This document shows positions 51,029 through 59,929 of a stretch of DNA of 64,000 bases, one piece after another (the stretch's first letter is position 1; each line of letters starts with the position of its first letter). Source of the stretch: Flavobacteriales bacterium (GTDB lineage Bacteria; Bacteroidota; Bacteroidia; Flavobacteriales_F; PHOS-HE28); contig JAMLHB010000003.1 in the NCBI GenBank assembly GCA_023957375.1, positions 461,342 through 525,341 on the forward strand, in the 5' to 3' direction. The notes beneath the pieces were generated by a model that did not search any database, had not been told where the DNA came from, and saw only the letters and a list, made by a program, of their open reading frames with translations. The position numbers and the translations under genes were made by a program.

Positions 51029-51149
51029 GAAATGTGCTGGATTGCCGGAGCTTCCGGTAAAAGAATGGCCAAAGGTATCCGCCCCGGCCGCGCGTGCGTT
51101 CCCGTACTGGTCCGTGGGGGCATGGCCACACCCGCAAGGGGAAATCGGT

Positions 51150-54100
51150 TCAGGCTTGCAGCGGCAGCACCACGAAGAAGCTCGTTCCCTTTCCTTCCTC
51201 CGTGGTGAACCACACCCGCCCTCCCGCATTCTCCACCATCCGCTGCACAATGGCAAGCCCCAACCCCATGCCGCTGGTCTTGGTGGTGAAGCTGGGTTGG
51301 AAAATGCGCTCACGGTCCTGCTCCGCAATGCCCGTACCATTGTCGCGGACCTCGGCCACGGCCTCGGCACCTTCGCGCCGCAAAGACACCACCACCTCGG
51401 CCCTGCGCCCTTCCGGCACGGCCTGCAGGGCGTTGTTCACCAAGTTGTTGAACACCCGCATGAGGTGTTCGCGGTCGGCCAGCACGGGCAAGGGGATCGC
51501 GGCCTGCAAGCGCACCGTGCCGTCCGGCGTATTGGCAAAGAGTTGTACAGCCGCGTCGGCCACTTGGGCCAGGTCCAGTACTGCGGGATGCGCCGGGGGC
51601 ATTTGGGCGAAATGGCTGAACTCGCCCGCGATGCGGCTGAGCACGTCGATCTGTTCCACCAGGTTGTTGCTGAACCGGTCCAGGCGTTCACGCGCATCGG
51701 GGGCGCCCGGTTGCCAGGTGCGCTGGAAATGCTGGATGTTGAGCTTCATCGGGGTGAGCGGGTTCTTGATCTCGTGCGCCACCTGCCGGGCCATCTCGCG
51801 CCATGCACTTTCCCGCTCGCTGCGGGCCAGCCGCACGGCACTTTCCTCCAGTTCGTGCACCTTTCGGTTGTACACGCGCACCAGTTGCCCCAATTCATCG
51901 TTGCCGCGGTATTGGATGGGCTCGTTGCCGGTGCCGAGGCCGATGCGTTCCATGCCGCGCCGCAGCAGTTCCAGCGGGCGGGTGGTCCAGTGGGTGATCA
52001 GCGCAGCGGCCACCACGCTCAACAGGAACAACAAGGTGAACAGGTTGGCCAGGGCCACGTAGCCGGAAGCCCGTTCCTGTTCCACCTCGGCCTGGCGGGC
52101 GAAGTAGGGCAATGCCAAATAGGCCAACACGGTGCCCTGCTCGTTGCGGAAAGGCATGTAGGCGGTACTGAACGCCGCCGTTCCGATGTGCTCGGGGTGG
52201 ACGAAGGAGGATGCGCCTTCCGCAGCCAGGCGGTGGAAGGCCCTGGGGTCCATGCGGCGGCCCAGCAGGCCGCTATTGAAGACCTGCTCGCGCGAGGTGG
52301 CCATCAGCTTGCCGTTGGGGGCATAGAGGGAAAGGTCGGTGAAGAAGATGTCGCTGAGCCTGGTCAGCAGATGGTCCAAGTACGGGCCTGTGGCGGGCAA
52401 CAGAACATCCTCGCCGCGCAGGGTGGTGCGCAGTTCGGCCAGTACGCCGCGCGTGCGCTCCTCCAAGATGCGGGTGCTGCGCTGCTGCTGGCGCACGTCC
52501 AGCATGCGGCGCATGCCGAAGGTGAACAGCAGCAGGCCTGCAACGGCAAAACCGGCCACGCCCAGCCGCACTTTGCCGCTTACGCCCATGCCGGTCATGC
52601 GCCCGCGGCGGAACAGCAGGGACACCAAGGCGGCAAGCCCTCCCAGCAGGCACAGGAAGAGGAAGATGTAGGAAAACGTGGTGACATGGTCCCACCAGGA
52701 AGGCACCCGGTCACCGAGCACCAACAGGGTGCCGTGGGGATCGCCCAGGGCAAGCAGGTCGTATCCCTGCGCCGTCCAGCGCAACCCGGCCTGGGGCACC
52801 GGCTTGTGCCAGGCAATGGGAAAGACGAACGGGCCGATGGCGGAGGTGAGCACGCCGCGCTCGTAGCGCGCCCGCACAAAGCGCCCCGGCTTCATGTAGG
52901 AAGGCCTCGAACCGGCGAGCAGCAGGTCCGGGAATCCGAGCCCGTCGGTCACCAAGCGGGTTCTGATCTCCACGAAAAGCTGCGCACCGCCCATGGCCAT
53001 GCGCCCGATGTAAAGCGCCTCTTCACCCGGCCTTCCGGTAAGCCTCAGGCCGCTGCCTGCTGCCGTCGGCACCCCCTGTTCAAACCGGTCGGCGATGGGC
53101 CCCGCCGAAGGGCCGGCATCGGGCGAGGTGGAGCAATACGCACGGCCATCCTTTGAGGTCAGATGCAAGCGCAGGTCGTAGCGGTCCCAGTAGCCGGAGA
53201 AGTAAGGCTGCCGCACCATGCGGTCCAGTTCGGTGGAGGTGCAACCCGCCCCGCCCTGCAAGCGGGCCGCCAAGGCCGCATCGCCTTCGAGCTTGCGGTG
53301 CGCCTCGCCGAACAACAGCTCGATCACCGGGTCCTCCCGCGTGGTGGCCGATTCGGCCAGTACTTCAAGGTCCATCCCGGTGCGCTTGAAGGTTTGGCGG
53401 TTCAGGACGTGGACCGTGAAGAAGGCCAGCACCGCCACCAGCACCAGGGCCGGTATGGTGCCGCGCCGCCGCCGCATGCGCTCCAGCAACCACAATGCGG
53501 GCAACGGCCAAATGGCCAGTACCAGATCATACTGGCCCAGCAGATGATGGAGAATGATGAACGCGGCACTGGCCGCCACCGAGGCCAATAGGGCCGACCG
53601 CAGGGGCAGCTGCGGGGAGATCCAGCGCACCAATGCATCGCCCAGCACGCACCAGGCCAGCAGCAGCCCGCCGATGGCGCCGAGGGCGGCCAAGCTATAC
53701 CCGTCCATGTTTTGCACGCGGAACAGATCCAGGCTCACGCTGCTGTCGTGCACCAACGCCACCATCACGGCAGCAAGGCCGTCGGCAGCGGCAAAGAGCA
53801 GCAGCAGGGCAAGCACGGCCGCGAGCCAAGGTTTGGCAGGGTGCGGGATCCGGCGCAATACCCGGTGCAGGAAGAGGACCGCGGTCAGCAGCAGGGCGGT
53901 ATTCAGCAGCAGGTCGCCCAGGGAGGGCATCAGGAAGGAGGAAGCAAACAGCGTGGGATTGAACAGGGGGTAGGCGGCCAGTGCATGGAAGGTGCCATGG
54001 GCCAGGGTGGCCACACGCGCCCCGAGCAGCAGGACCGGAAATGCGAGCAGGGCAAGAGGAGATGGCCGCAGCCGTGCCGCAAATAGCCACAGTGCGGCAA

Positions 54101-54713
54101 TGCCGCTTGCCACCCCGGCAATGGCCAGCAGCAGCGCCATCCATGCACGGCGGCCCGGCAGGGGTTCGTCACCCGCCCATTCCAGGCGGAACATCACCTG
54201 GCCGGCGGCATCGCGCACCACAGGGCCCAGCCCAGGGGTGGTATCGGCAACAATGCCCGGTGCCACCCGGAAGCCGGAATCGAACTGGCGGCGCAGGTAC
54301 TGGTTCTCGAAAGGAGGCTGGAACCACATGCGCCGGACCCCGTGCACACTGCGCCCCTCCACGCGTGCAACAGCATGCAGGTAGATGCCGTCGGGAAGGA
54401 GCATGTGCGCTGCCCGGGAAGTGTCCAACGTGGCATCAGGGACGGGGGCGTGATCGGTCCAGGCAACTACCTCATGGTTCCGGTACAAGCGCTGCCCTTC
54501 TTCACCGTGCCCATGGGCAGCACCCATGAACAGGCTGTCCCGGCGCAGGGTTTCCGCCGCCCCGGCAGCCAACTTGGCCGCCGCACGGTCTACCTGCGCC
54601 TGCAGTGAGGCGGCCGCACCGGCCAAGCGCCGGTCAGGGGCGCGCTCGTGCAGCATGGACGCCCCCAGTCCGAGCACCAAGGCCAGCAACAGGAAGAGAA
54701 CCGCACGGCGCAT
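51150..54713 (-). CDS. large sensor histidine kinase, about 1187 aa
   Basis: H-box ARQVAHEIKNPLTPMKL, N box FNNLVNNALQA, and G boxes DNGTGI / GMGLGLAI. The long N-terminal region has many TM segments. The start is likely ATG 54713 (MRRAVLFLLLALVLGLG), although the ORF opens at 54797. Confidence 0.85.
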   Translation of the reverse strand: MRRAVLFLLLALVLGLGASMLHERAPDRRLAGAAASLQAQVDRAAAKLAAGAAETLRRDSLFMGAAHGHGEEGQRLYRNHEVVAWTDHAPVPDATLDTSRAAHMLLPDGIYLHAVARVEGRSVHGVRRMWFQPPFENQYLRRQFDSGFRVAPGIVADTTPGLGPVVRDAAGQVMFRLEWAGDEPLPGRRAWMALLLAIAGVASGIAALWLFAARLRPSPLALLAFPVLLLGARVATLAHGTFHALAAYPLFNPTLFASSFLMPSLGDLLLNTALLLTAVLFLHRVLRRIPHPAKPWLAAVLALLLLFAAADGLAAVMVALVHDSSVSLDLFRVQNMDGYSLAALGAIGGLLLAWCVLGDALVRWISPQLPLRSALLASVAASAAFIILHHLLGQYDLVLAIWPLPALWLLERMRRRRGTIPALVLVAVLAFFTVHVLNRQTFKRTGMDLEVLAESATTREDPVIELLFGEAHRKLEGDAALAARLQGGAGCTSTELDRMVRQPYFSGYWDRYDLRLHLTSKDGRAYCSTSPDAGPSAGPIADRFEQGVPTAAGSGLRLTGRPGEEALYIGRMAMGGAQLFVEIRTRLVTDGLGFPDLLLAGSRPSYMKPGRFVRARYERGVLTSAIGPFVFPIAWHKPVPQAGLRWTAQGYDLLALGDPHGTLLVLGDRVPSWWDHVTTFSYIFLFLCLLGGLAALVSLLFRRGRMTGMGVSGKVRLGVAGFAVAGLLLFTFGMRRMLDVRQQQRSTRILEERTRGVLAELRTTLRGEDVLLPATGPYLDHLLTRLSDIFFTDLSLYAPNGKLMATSREQVFNSGLLGRRMDPRAFHRLAAEGASSFVHPEHIGTAAFSTAYMPFRNEQGTVLAYLALPYFARQAEVEQERASGYVALANLFTLLFLLSVVAAALITHWTTRPLELLRRGMERIGLGTGNEPIQYRGNDELGQLVRVYNRKVHELEESAVRLARSERESAWREMARQVAHEIKNPLTPMKLNIQHFQRTWQPGAPDARERLDRFSNNLVEQIDVLSRIAGEFSHFAQMPPAHPAVLDLAQVADAAVQLFANTPDGTVRLQAAIPLPVLADREHLMRVFNNLVNNALQAVPEGRRAEVVVSLRREGAEAVAEVRDNGTGIAEQDRERIFQPSFTTKTSGMGLGLAIVQRMVENAGGRVWFTTEEGKGTSFFVVLPLQA

Positions 54714-54933
54714 CGGCAACGGGCTATCAAGCCCCGGGCCAAGGTAGCCGATGGGCCCCCAGGTCCTCCACTGATGCCTTCCGCGCGCCTGTGACATTCC
54801 TCACCGTGGGCGCGACCCACGCACCGCCCATCCTTGGCGCCACCTACTTTTGGCCTTGGCCTGCATCGTGGACCAGGGGCTGCACCGCGCGACGCGGACT
54901 TCTCCTGGCAGCCATGTCATCCTGCGGGCCAAC

Positions 54934-55392
54934 ATGCGGAAAATGAACAGAAAAACCATCTCCATCCTCGCCGTCGCGGCAATTGCCTTTATTGCCCTTG
55001 CCTGCCAAGCCTTCTCCAGCCAACAAGGCAGCGACCCCTGGACCAAGGAACAGCTGATGCCTCCGGCCGAGCTGGCCCGAATGATCAAGGACGGCACGGC
55101 CAAGAACGTCCACCTCTTCAACATCGGGCCATCTGGCGACATCAAGGGGTCGGAGGACATCGGCGAAGGCCGCGATCCGGCGAGCATCGCCAAGTTGAAG
55201 GGCCGGTTGAGCGAGCTGCCCAAGGACGCCCAAGTGGTGGTGTACTGCGGGTGCTGCCCGTTCAAGAACTGCCCCAACGTGCGCCCGGCCATGAGCTTGC
55301 TGAACGAAATGCAGTTCACCAACGGCAAGCTGCTGGACTTGAGCGAAAACCTGAAAACGGACTGGATCGACAAGGGCTACCCCATGCAATAA
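54934..55392 (+). CDS. rhodanese-like domain protein, secreted
   Basis: Start at ATG 54934 gives a signal/TM segment. The rhodanese-like loop is VVVYCGCCPFKNCPNVRPA. Confidence 0.6.
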   Translation: MRKMNRKTISILAVAAIAFIALACQAFSSQQGSDPWTKEQLMPPAELARMIKDGTAKNVHLFNIGPSGDIKGSEDIGEGRDPASIAKLKGRLSELPKDAQVVVYCGCCPFKNCPNVRPAMSLLNEMQFTNGKLLDLSENLKTDWIDKGYPMQ

Positions 55393-55427
55393 CCGTGGGG
55401 CTTGATGCCTGCGCCCATCACACGGGG

Positions 55428-56090
55428 TTAGCTGCCCACCACGCCGGTAGCGGTCACCAGCACCGTGTGCATCACCGGCCTGCCATTCACCACGGCCTGC
55501 ACGTAATAGGTGCCGGGGGCCAACCCCTCTGCACGCACAAACACGGCGCTTTCCGTGTAGTTGAGGTCCATGGCCATGAACTGCCCGCGGTTGTTCATCA
55601 GTTTTAGTTCGCTGATCGGGCCGTCCGCCAGCACGGTAAATTGGCCGGGATCCCGGTCTCCGCGGATGCGCATGGCCGGCACGGGCCGGTAATCCACCAC
55701 GAAGTCATCCGAAACCTCCAGCTCGCGGCCGCCAGCCGTGGCCACCAAGCGGTAGTATGACACGCCCGGCATAGGCGCCAGATCCATTGCCTCGTAGGCG
55801 GTGTACCCTTGGCCATCGCCTTCACCATCGTACGTGAATGCCGTGCTCCAATGCAACAGATCGCTGGAGCGCTGCACGGTGAACAAGCTGTTGGGCGGCT
55901 CCGCACCGGTGCTCCACCGCAGGCCCACGCCGCCGCTTGCCAAGGGGTCGGCCACGAACGATACCAGCTCATAGGCGGGTCCGTCCACATGGGCCCCGCT
56001 GCCGGTGCTACCAGCCCATGCCACATCAACCGTTTGGGCCGATGCGGCCGTTGTTGCAACAAGTGCCAAGGTCAATAGCTGTATCCGCAT
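55428..56090 (-). CDS. hypothetical secreted protein with a probable T9SS type-A C-terminal domain, 220 aa
   Basis: Start at ATG 56090 gives a signal peptide (MRIQLLTLALVATTAASAQ). The C-terminal ~75 aa have the beta-rich pattern of Por_Secre_tail domains (GTYYVQAVVNGR...). Confidence 0.55.
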   Translation of the reverse strand: MRIQLLTLALVATTAASAQTVDVAWAGSTGSGAHVDGPAYELVSFVADPLASGGVGLRWSTGAEPPNSLFTVQRSSDLLHWSTAFTYDGEGDGQGYTAYEAMDLAPMPGVSYYRLVATAGGRELEVSDDFVVDYRPVPAMRIRGDRDPGQFTVLADGPISELKLMNNRGQFMAMDLNYTESAVFVRAEGLAPGTYYVQAVVNGRPVMHTVLVTATGVVGS

Positions 56091-56411
56091 GTTCGTTCGA
56101 TGAAAACCGCCCACTGAACGACCAACCATGCTGTAAGGTTACCCCCTCGGCCTTCCTGCTTACCGCTTGAACCGTGCCAACTGTACAGGGTGCCTGCCGC
56201 ACAGAACCCAATGCTGCCATGCTGTGTAGGATGCGATAGCCACGAGGCCGTATCGGAGGCTTCGCCATCGGCGCTGTACTTTGGCTGCCTCATGGGCCGC
56301 GCATGCATCCTCATTCCCGGGCCCGTGGAAGCTGGTCGGCCCCATGGAACATGCCCAAGGTGGAAAACGTGTTTCCCAGCTGCCGCCTGCAACCTGTCAA
56401 AGTGGGATTGA

Positions 56412-57653
56412 ATGGTTGAACTGAAGGTGGTCGAGCTTTTTGCCGGCGTGGGCGGTTTCCGGGTGGGCTTGGAGCGCGCCTCGGCACGCTACAAGGTGGT
56501 ATGGAGCAACCAGTGGGAGCCCGCACGTAAGAAGCAGGAAGCCTCGAACGTATATGTGGCACGCTTTGGCATGGAAGGGCATTCCAACGAAGATATTTCC
56601 ACCGTGGAGGCCGATGCCATTCCCGACCATGACGTGCTGGTGGGCGGCTTTCCCTGCCAAGATTATTCGGTTGCGCGCAGCCTGAACCAAGCCCACGGAC
56701 TGGCGGGTAAAAAAGGGGTCTTGTGGTGGCAGATCCACCGCATCCTGAAAGAGAAGGAAAACAAGCCGGGCTACCTCATCCTGGAGAATGTGGACCGCCT
56801 GCTGCAATCACCGGCCAAGCAGCGGGGGCGCGATTTTGCGGTGATGCTGGCCTCGTTGTCCGACTTGGGCTATGCCGTGGAATGGCGCGTGATAAACGCG
56901 GCCGATTACGGCATGCCCCAGCGGCGGCGGCGCATCTTCTTCCTCGGGTTCCACCGCTCCACGCCACTAGGCCGGGCCCTGCACGATAAACCGGAAATGG
57001 CGGAACGATGGATGCTGGAGGACGGGATCTTCGCCGAGGCGTTCCCCACGGCAGGCACCATGCCCATATTCCGCGAATTCACCTTGGAAGGCGACCTCGC
57101 CGAGCTGACGGACCACTTCAACACCGGCCCCACCTCCGGAACCACTCCCTTTGCCAACAGTGGGTTGATGGTGCAGCGCCATGTGCGGACCATGCCCTCC
57201 ACCCCGGCGTTTTACGGTCCACGCACCACATTGGGCCACATCCTGCAGCCCGAAGAGGAAGTTCCTGAAGACTTTTTCCTGGATGAGGGCGTCCTGGCCC
57301 GTTGGGATTACATGAAAGGAAGCAAGAAGGAGATGCGCAAAAGCAAAGAGGGCTTCGCCTACCACTACGCGGAAGGAGCCATAACCTTTCCGGATGCGCT
57401 GGACAAGCCTTCCCGCACGATCATCACCGCCGAAGGGGGTGCGGCACCGTCCCGCTTCAAGCACGTGGTGCAAACACCCACGGGCCGCCTGCGCCGCCTG
57501 ACCCCCGTGGAACTGGAACGGCTGAACATGTTCCCGGACAACCACACCGCAGGGCTTGCACCCGCCCGGCGCGCGTTCCTGATGGGCAATGCCCTGGTCA
57601 CGGGCATTGTGGAGCGGGTGGGCGCACTGCTGGCGGCCCGCATCAAAAACTGA
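56412..57653 (+). CDS. DNA (cytosine-5)-methyltransferase, 413 aa
   Basis: Motif I ELFAGVGGF, motif IV GGFPCQDYS, motif VI ENV, motif VIII QRRRRIF, and motif X GNALV. Confidence 0.92.
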   Translation: MVELKVVELFAGVGGFRVGLERASARYKVVWSNQWEPARKKQEASNVYVARFGMEGHSNEDISTVEADAIPDHDVLVGGFPCQDYSVARSLNQAHGLAGKKGVLWWQIHRILKEKENKPGYLILENVDRLLQSPAKQRGRDFAVMLASLSDLGYAVEWRVINAADYGMPQRRRRIFFLGFHRSTPLGRALHDKPEMAERWMLEDGIFAEAFPTAGTMPIFREFTLEGDLAELTDHFNTGPTSGTTPFANSGLMVQRHVRTMPSTPAFYGPRTTLGHILQPEEEVPEDFFLDEGVLARWDYMKGSKKEMRKSKEGFAYHYAEGAITFPDALDKPSRTIITAEGGAAPSRFKHVVQTPTGRLRRLTPVELERLNMFPDNHTAGLAPARRAFLMGNALVTGIVERVGALLAARIKN

Positions 57654-57675
57654 AGCGCGGCCCCGGTGGCAGGGC

Positions 57676-57805
57676 TCAGAGCTCCTGCTCGTAGTAGATC
57701 TTGTAATACTTCCTACCCTTCTCATCCACGCCCTGCTCGATCTTGTTGCGGTCGCCGTGGATGTAGATGTGGAAGTTCTTGGCCAACTTCAGCACGCCCT
57801 TGAAG
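57676..57805 (-). pseudogene. 3' relic (43 codons plus stop) of a nucleoid-associated-protein paralogue
   Basis: I count 9 mismatches in about 130 nt against 58814-58943. It translates as NFKGVLKLAKNFHIYIHGDRNKIEQGVDEKGRKYYKIYYEQEL*, preceded by an in-frame stop two codons further upstream. Confidence 0.82.
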
Positions 57806-57806
57806 T

Positions 57807-57883
57807 TCCCTCACCGATCTCCTGAAAGCGGGCCTGAGGTTCCGAGGCATTCAAAGCCCGACCCGCGAGCTCCTTGATGGAGC
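57807..57883. repeat. 77-nt structured repeat, copy B' (pairs with 58708-58783)
   Basis: Hand alignment gives about 13 mismatches plus 1 indel over 77 nt, in the same orientation. It contains CCTCA(C/G)...CTGAGG and CAAGGTC...GACCTTG-type inverted segments. Confidence 0.6.
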
Positions 57884-58023
57884 TGATATGGGCAAAGCAC
57901 CAGGCCGATGGTGGGCATCGGGGGATGATCGGACGATCAGATGATGGAATGCCTTGGCCGCGACGGGATGCGCAAATCAAGTTCAACGTGCTACTGAGAT
58001 CTACCTTTGATCATCAACGTGCC

Positions 58024-58218
58024 ATGGACAACCGCATCCGGTTTGAGACCAAGGAGGAAAGCAATGCACGGCGTGAGCGAGAGTTCTTGGCGCTTACGCC
58101 GCATGAGCGCTTTATGTGGTTCCTGCGCAGCTTCGACAGGCCGGGTTTCAAGCCTCGCGAAAGCAGCAAGAACAAAGGGAACTTCGTGATCAGGAAGAAG
58201 CATGACCCCGTTCGGTGA
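58024..58218 (+). CDS. small hypothetical protein, 64 aa (possible partner of the nucleotidyltransferase)
   Basis: Uses the internal ATG at 58024 of ORF 57874-58218. It overlaps the next gene by 17 nt. No motif recognised. Confidence 0.4.
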   Translation: MDNRIRFETKEESNARREREFLALTPHERFMWFLRSFDRPGFKPRESSKNKGNFVIRKKHDPVR

Positions 58219-58669
58219 GGAGATCAGCGGTTTCCTTCGTGAGGCGCACAAACAAGGGCTGCGGGTGCTTTTGGTCGGAGGCGGCGCTGTCAACTTCCAC
58301 GGATACCAGCGGCATTCACACGACATTGACCTATGGGTGGATGCCAGCCGGGAGAACTTTGAAAAGTTGCTTTCCGTCCTGCGGTCCTTGGGATTTCAGC
58401 TTGAACAACTGCCCGAAGCCGTACTGAGGCAGGAACAAAACATTTCCATCAAGATCTCCCCGGAGATGGAGATCGAACTGATCACCCGGTTCAACCCCGG
58501 CAAGACGTTCGACGAAGCATGGGCTGCGAGTGAGCAGACCGAACTGGCCGGTGAACCGGTAGCCCGTTTCCGCGTACTGGGCTTCGACGACCTGATCGCA
58601 AGCAAGCTGCGCTCCTCAAGGCCCAAGGACCTGCTGGACATCCAAGAACTGAAGCGGAGGCGCGGGTGA
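58202..58669 (+). CDS. minimal nucleotidyltransferase-fold protein (pol-beta superfamily, MNT/AbiEii/DUF6036-like), 155 aa
   Basis: It has a G[SG]-x(n)-DxD signature (LLVGGGAVNFHGYQRHSHDIDLWV) and a C-terminal ASKLRSSRPKDLLDIQEL motif common in these families. Confidence 0.68.
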   Translation: MTPFGEEISGFLREAHKQGLRVLLVGGGAVNFHGYQRHSHDIDLWVDASRENFEKLLSVLRSLGFQLEQLPEAVLRQEQNISIKISPEMEIELITRFNPGKTFDEAWAASEQTELAGEPVARFRVLGFDDLIASKLRSSRPKDLLDIQELKRRRG

Positions 58670-58707
58670 ATTCCGTGCAATAAACAATAGGCGTTGACGG
58701 AGCTTGC

Positions 58708-58783
58708 TCCCTCAGCGATCTCCCGAAGGGGATCCTGAGGTTCCCTGGCATGCAAGGTCCGCTCCGCGAGACCTTGATGGAGC
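58708..58783. repeat. 76-nt structured repeat, copy B
   Basis: See 57807-57883. It lies 30 nt downstream (on the minus strand) of the stop of the nucleoid-associated-protein gene. Confidence 0.6.
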
Positions 58784-58813
58784 CTGTACAACTGACAACT
58801 GCCCACTGGCAGT

Positions 58814-59836
58814 CTACGCCTCCTGCTCGTAGTAGATCTTGTAGTACTTCCTGCCCTTCTCATCCACGCCCTGCTCAATCTTGTTGCGGTCGCCGTGGAT
58901 GTAGATGTGGAAGTTCTTGTCCAACTTGAGCACGCTCTTGAACACGCGTGATTGGCGCTTCACGGCCTGGGCGGAGATCTCGAAGTTGTCCTGCAGTTGC
59001 ACGTCCTTTTCCTCCTGGAAACGGTCACTGTACTGGTTGAAGGAACGGATGGTGTTCTCTTGCTGGAACACCTCATTGGCGAACTCCTCCTTGTCGAAGG
59101 CCTCATGGCTCTTGAAGTATTCCACCGACCGGTTCAGCAGGTCGATCTGGTCGGCTTTCTCCACCACGAAATCCTGCGGCAGCTGCTCGGTGATGAAAGT
59201 CTTGGCCAGGTGCATCACGTCGTTGGTGCTGTTCACGTGGTCCTTCTTGGGACGCGCACGGATGAAGTCCTGCTGCCAGTAGTCGGTGCTGCTCTGGTCG
59301 TCGATGAGGAACAGCGTGTGGCCCTTGGGCGTATACAGCACCAAGCAGGCTTTCTTCGGCTTGTTGCCGCCCAAACCGCGCTTCATGCGCAACAGCACGT
59401 TCTGTTTTTCCACGCGGCTTTCCAGAAATACATCCTTGTCGTCGAACTTGAAGATGCCCACGGCATCGTGTGCCGAACCGCCCATCTCCACATCGCTGAA
59501 GCGCGCCACGACCAACTCGCCGGGCGGCATTTCGTGCCCTTCGGCCACGGCCAGCAGGTGCTTGGCGATGGCCTCGGACCGCTCCACCACGCCGTCGCCC
59601 TTGTGGATGGCAGCACAGTGCTCTTGGAGGATGTTGGGGGACTTCTTGCCTTCCGAGGCGAACTCCGAGGTGAAGGCCATGTTGGCGAAGGGCCGCAGGA
59701 AAAGCTTGCGCAGGAATTGCTGCTCCTCCTCCCCCTTGATCACTGCGCTGAAATCGCTGAACACGCTGGTCTCTGCATCCGTGCCGATGCGGTGCAGTAC
59801 GAATTCCTCCACCAGGCCCTCCTTTCCGTTCACCAT
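58814..59836 (-). CDS. nucleoid-associated protein (NA37/NdpA/YejK family, Bacteroidota type), 340 aa
   Basis: Start at ATG 59836 (MVNGKEGLVEEFVLHRIG). Conserved blocks are DAVGIFKFDDKD and YWQQDFI, and the C-terminus reads KLDKNFHIYIHGDRNKIEQG. Confidence 0.82.
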   Translation of the reverse strand: MVNGKEGLVEEFVLHRIGTDAETSVFSDFSAVIKGEEEQQFLRKLFLRPFANMAFTSEFASEGKKSPNILQEHCAAIHKGDGVVERSEAIAKHLLAVAEGHEMPPGELVVARFSDVEMGGSAHDAVGIFKFDDKDVFLESRVEKQNVLLRMKRGLGGNKPKKACLVLYTPKGHTLFLIDDQSSTDYWQQDFIRARPKKDHVNSTNDVMHLAKTFITEQLPQDFVVEKADQIDLLNRSVEYFKSHEAFDKEEFANEVFQQENTIRSFNQYSDRFQEEKDVQLQDNFEISAQAVKRQSRVFKSVLKLDKNFHIYIHGDRNKIEQGVDEKGRKYYKIYYEQEA

Positions 59837-59929
59837 GGTTGTGCGTTGAATCGCTTTCGCAAAGAACGCGAAGAATGGCGAGGCCTGCTGCAAGGGGCTT
59901 GGGGGCTCACGCGAAGACGCGAAACTTCA

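Noticed and set aside
57874-58023. The first 50 codons of ORF 57874-58218 as coding sequence
   Set aside because: The upstream ATG lies inside or next to the B' repeat, and the translated segment looks non-protein-like. The internal ATG at 58024 gives a compact 64-aa product that overlaps the NTase gene, and even that call has low confidence.
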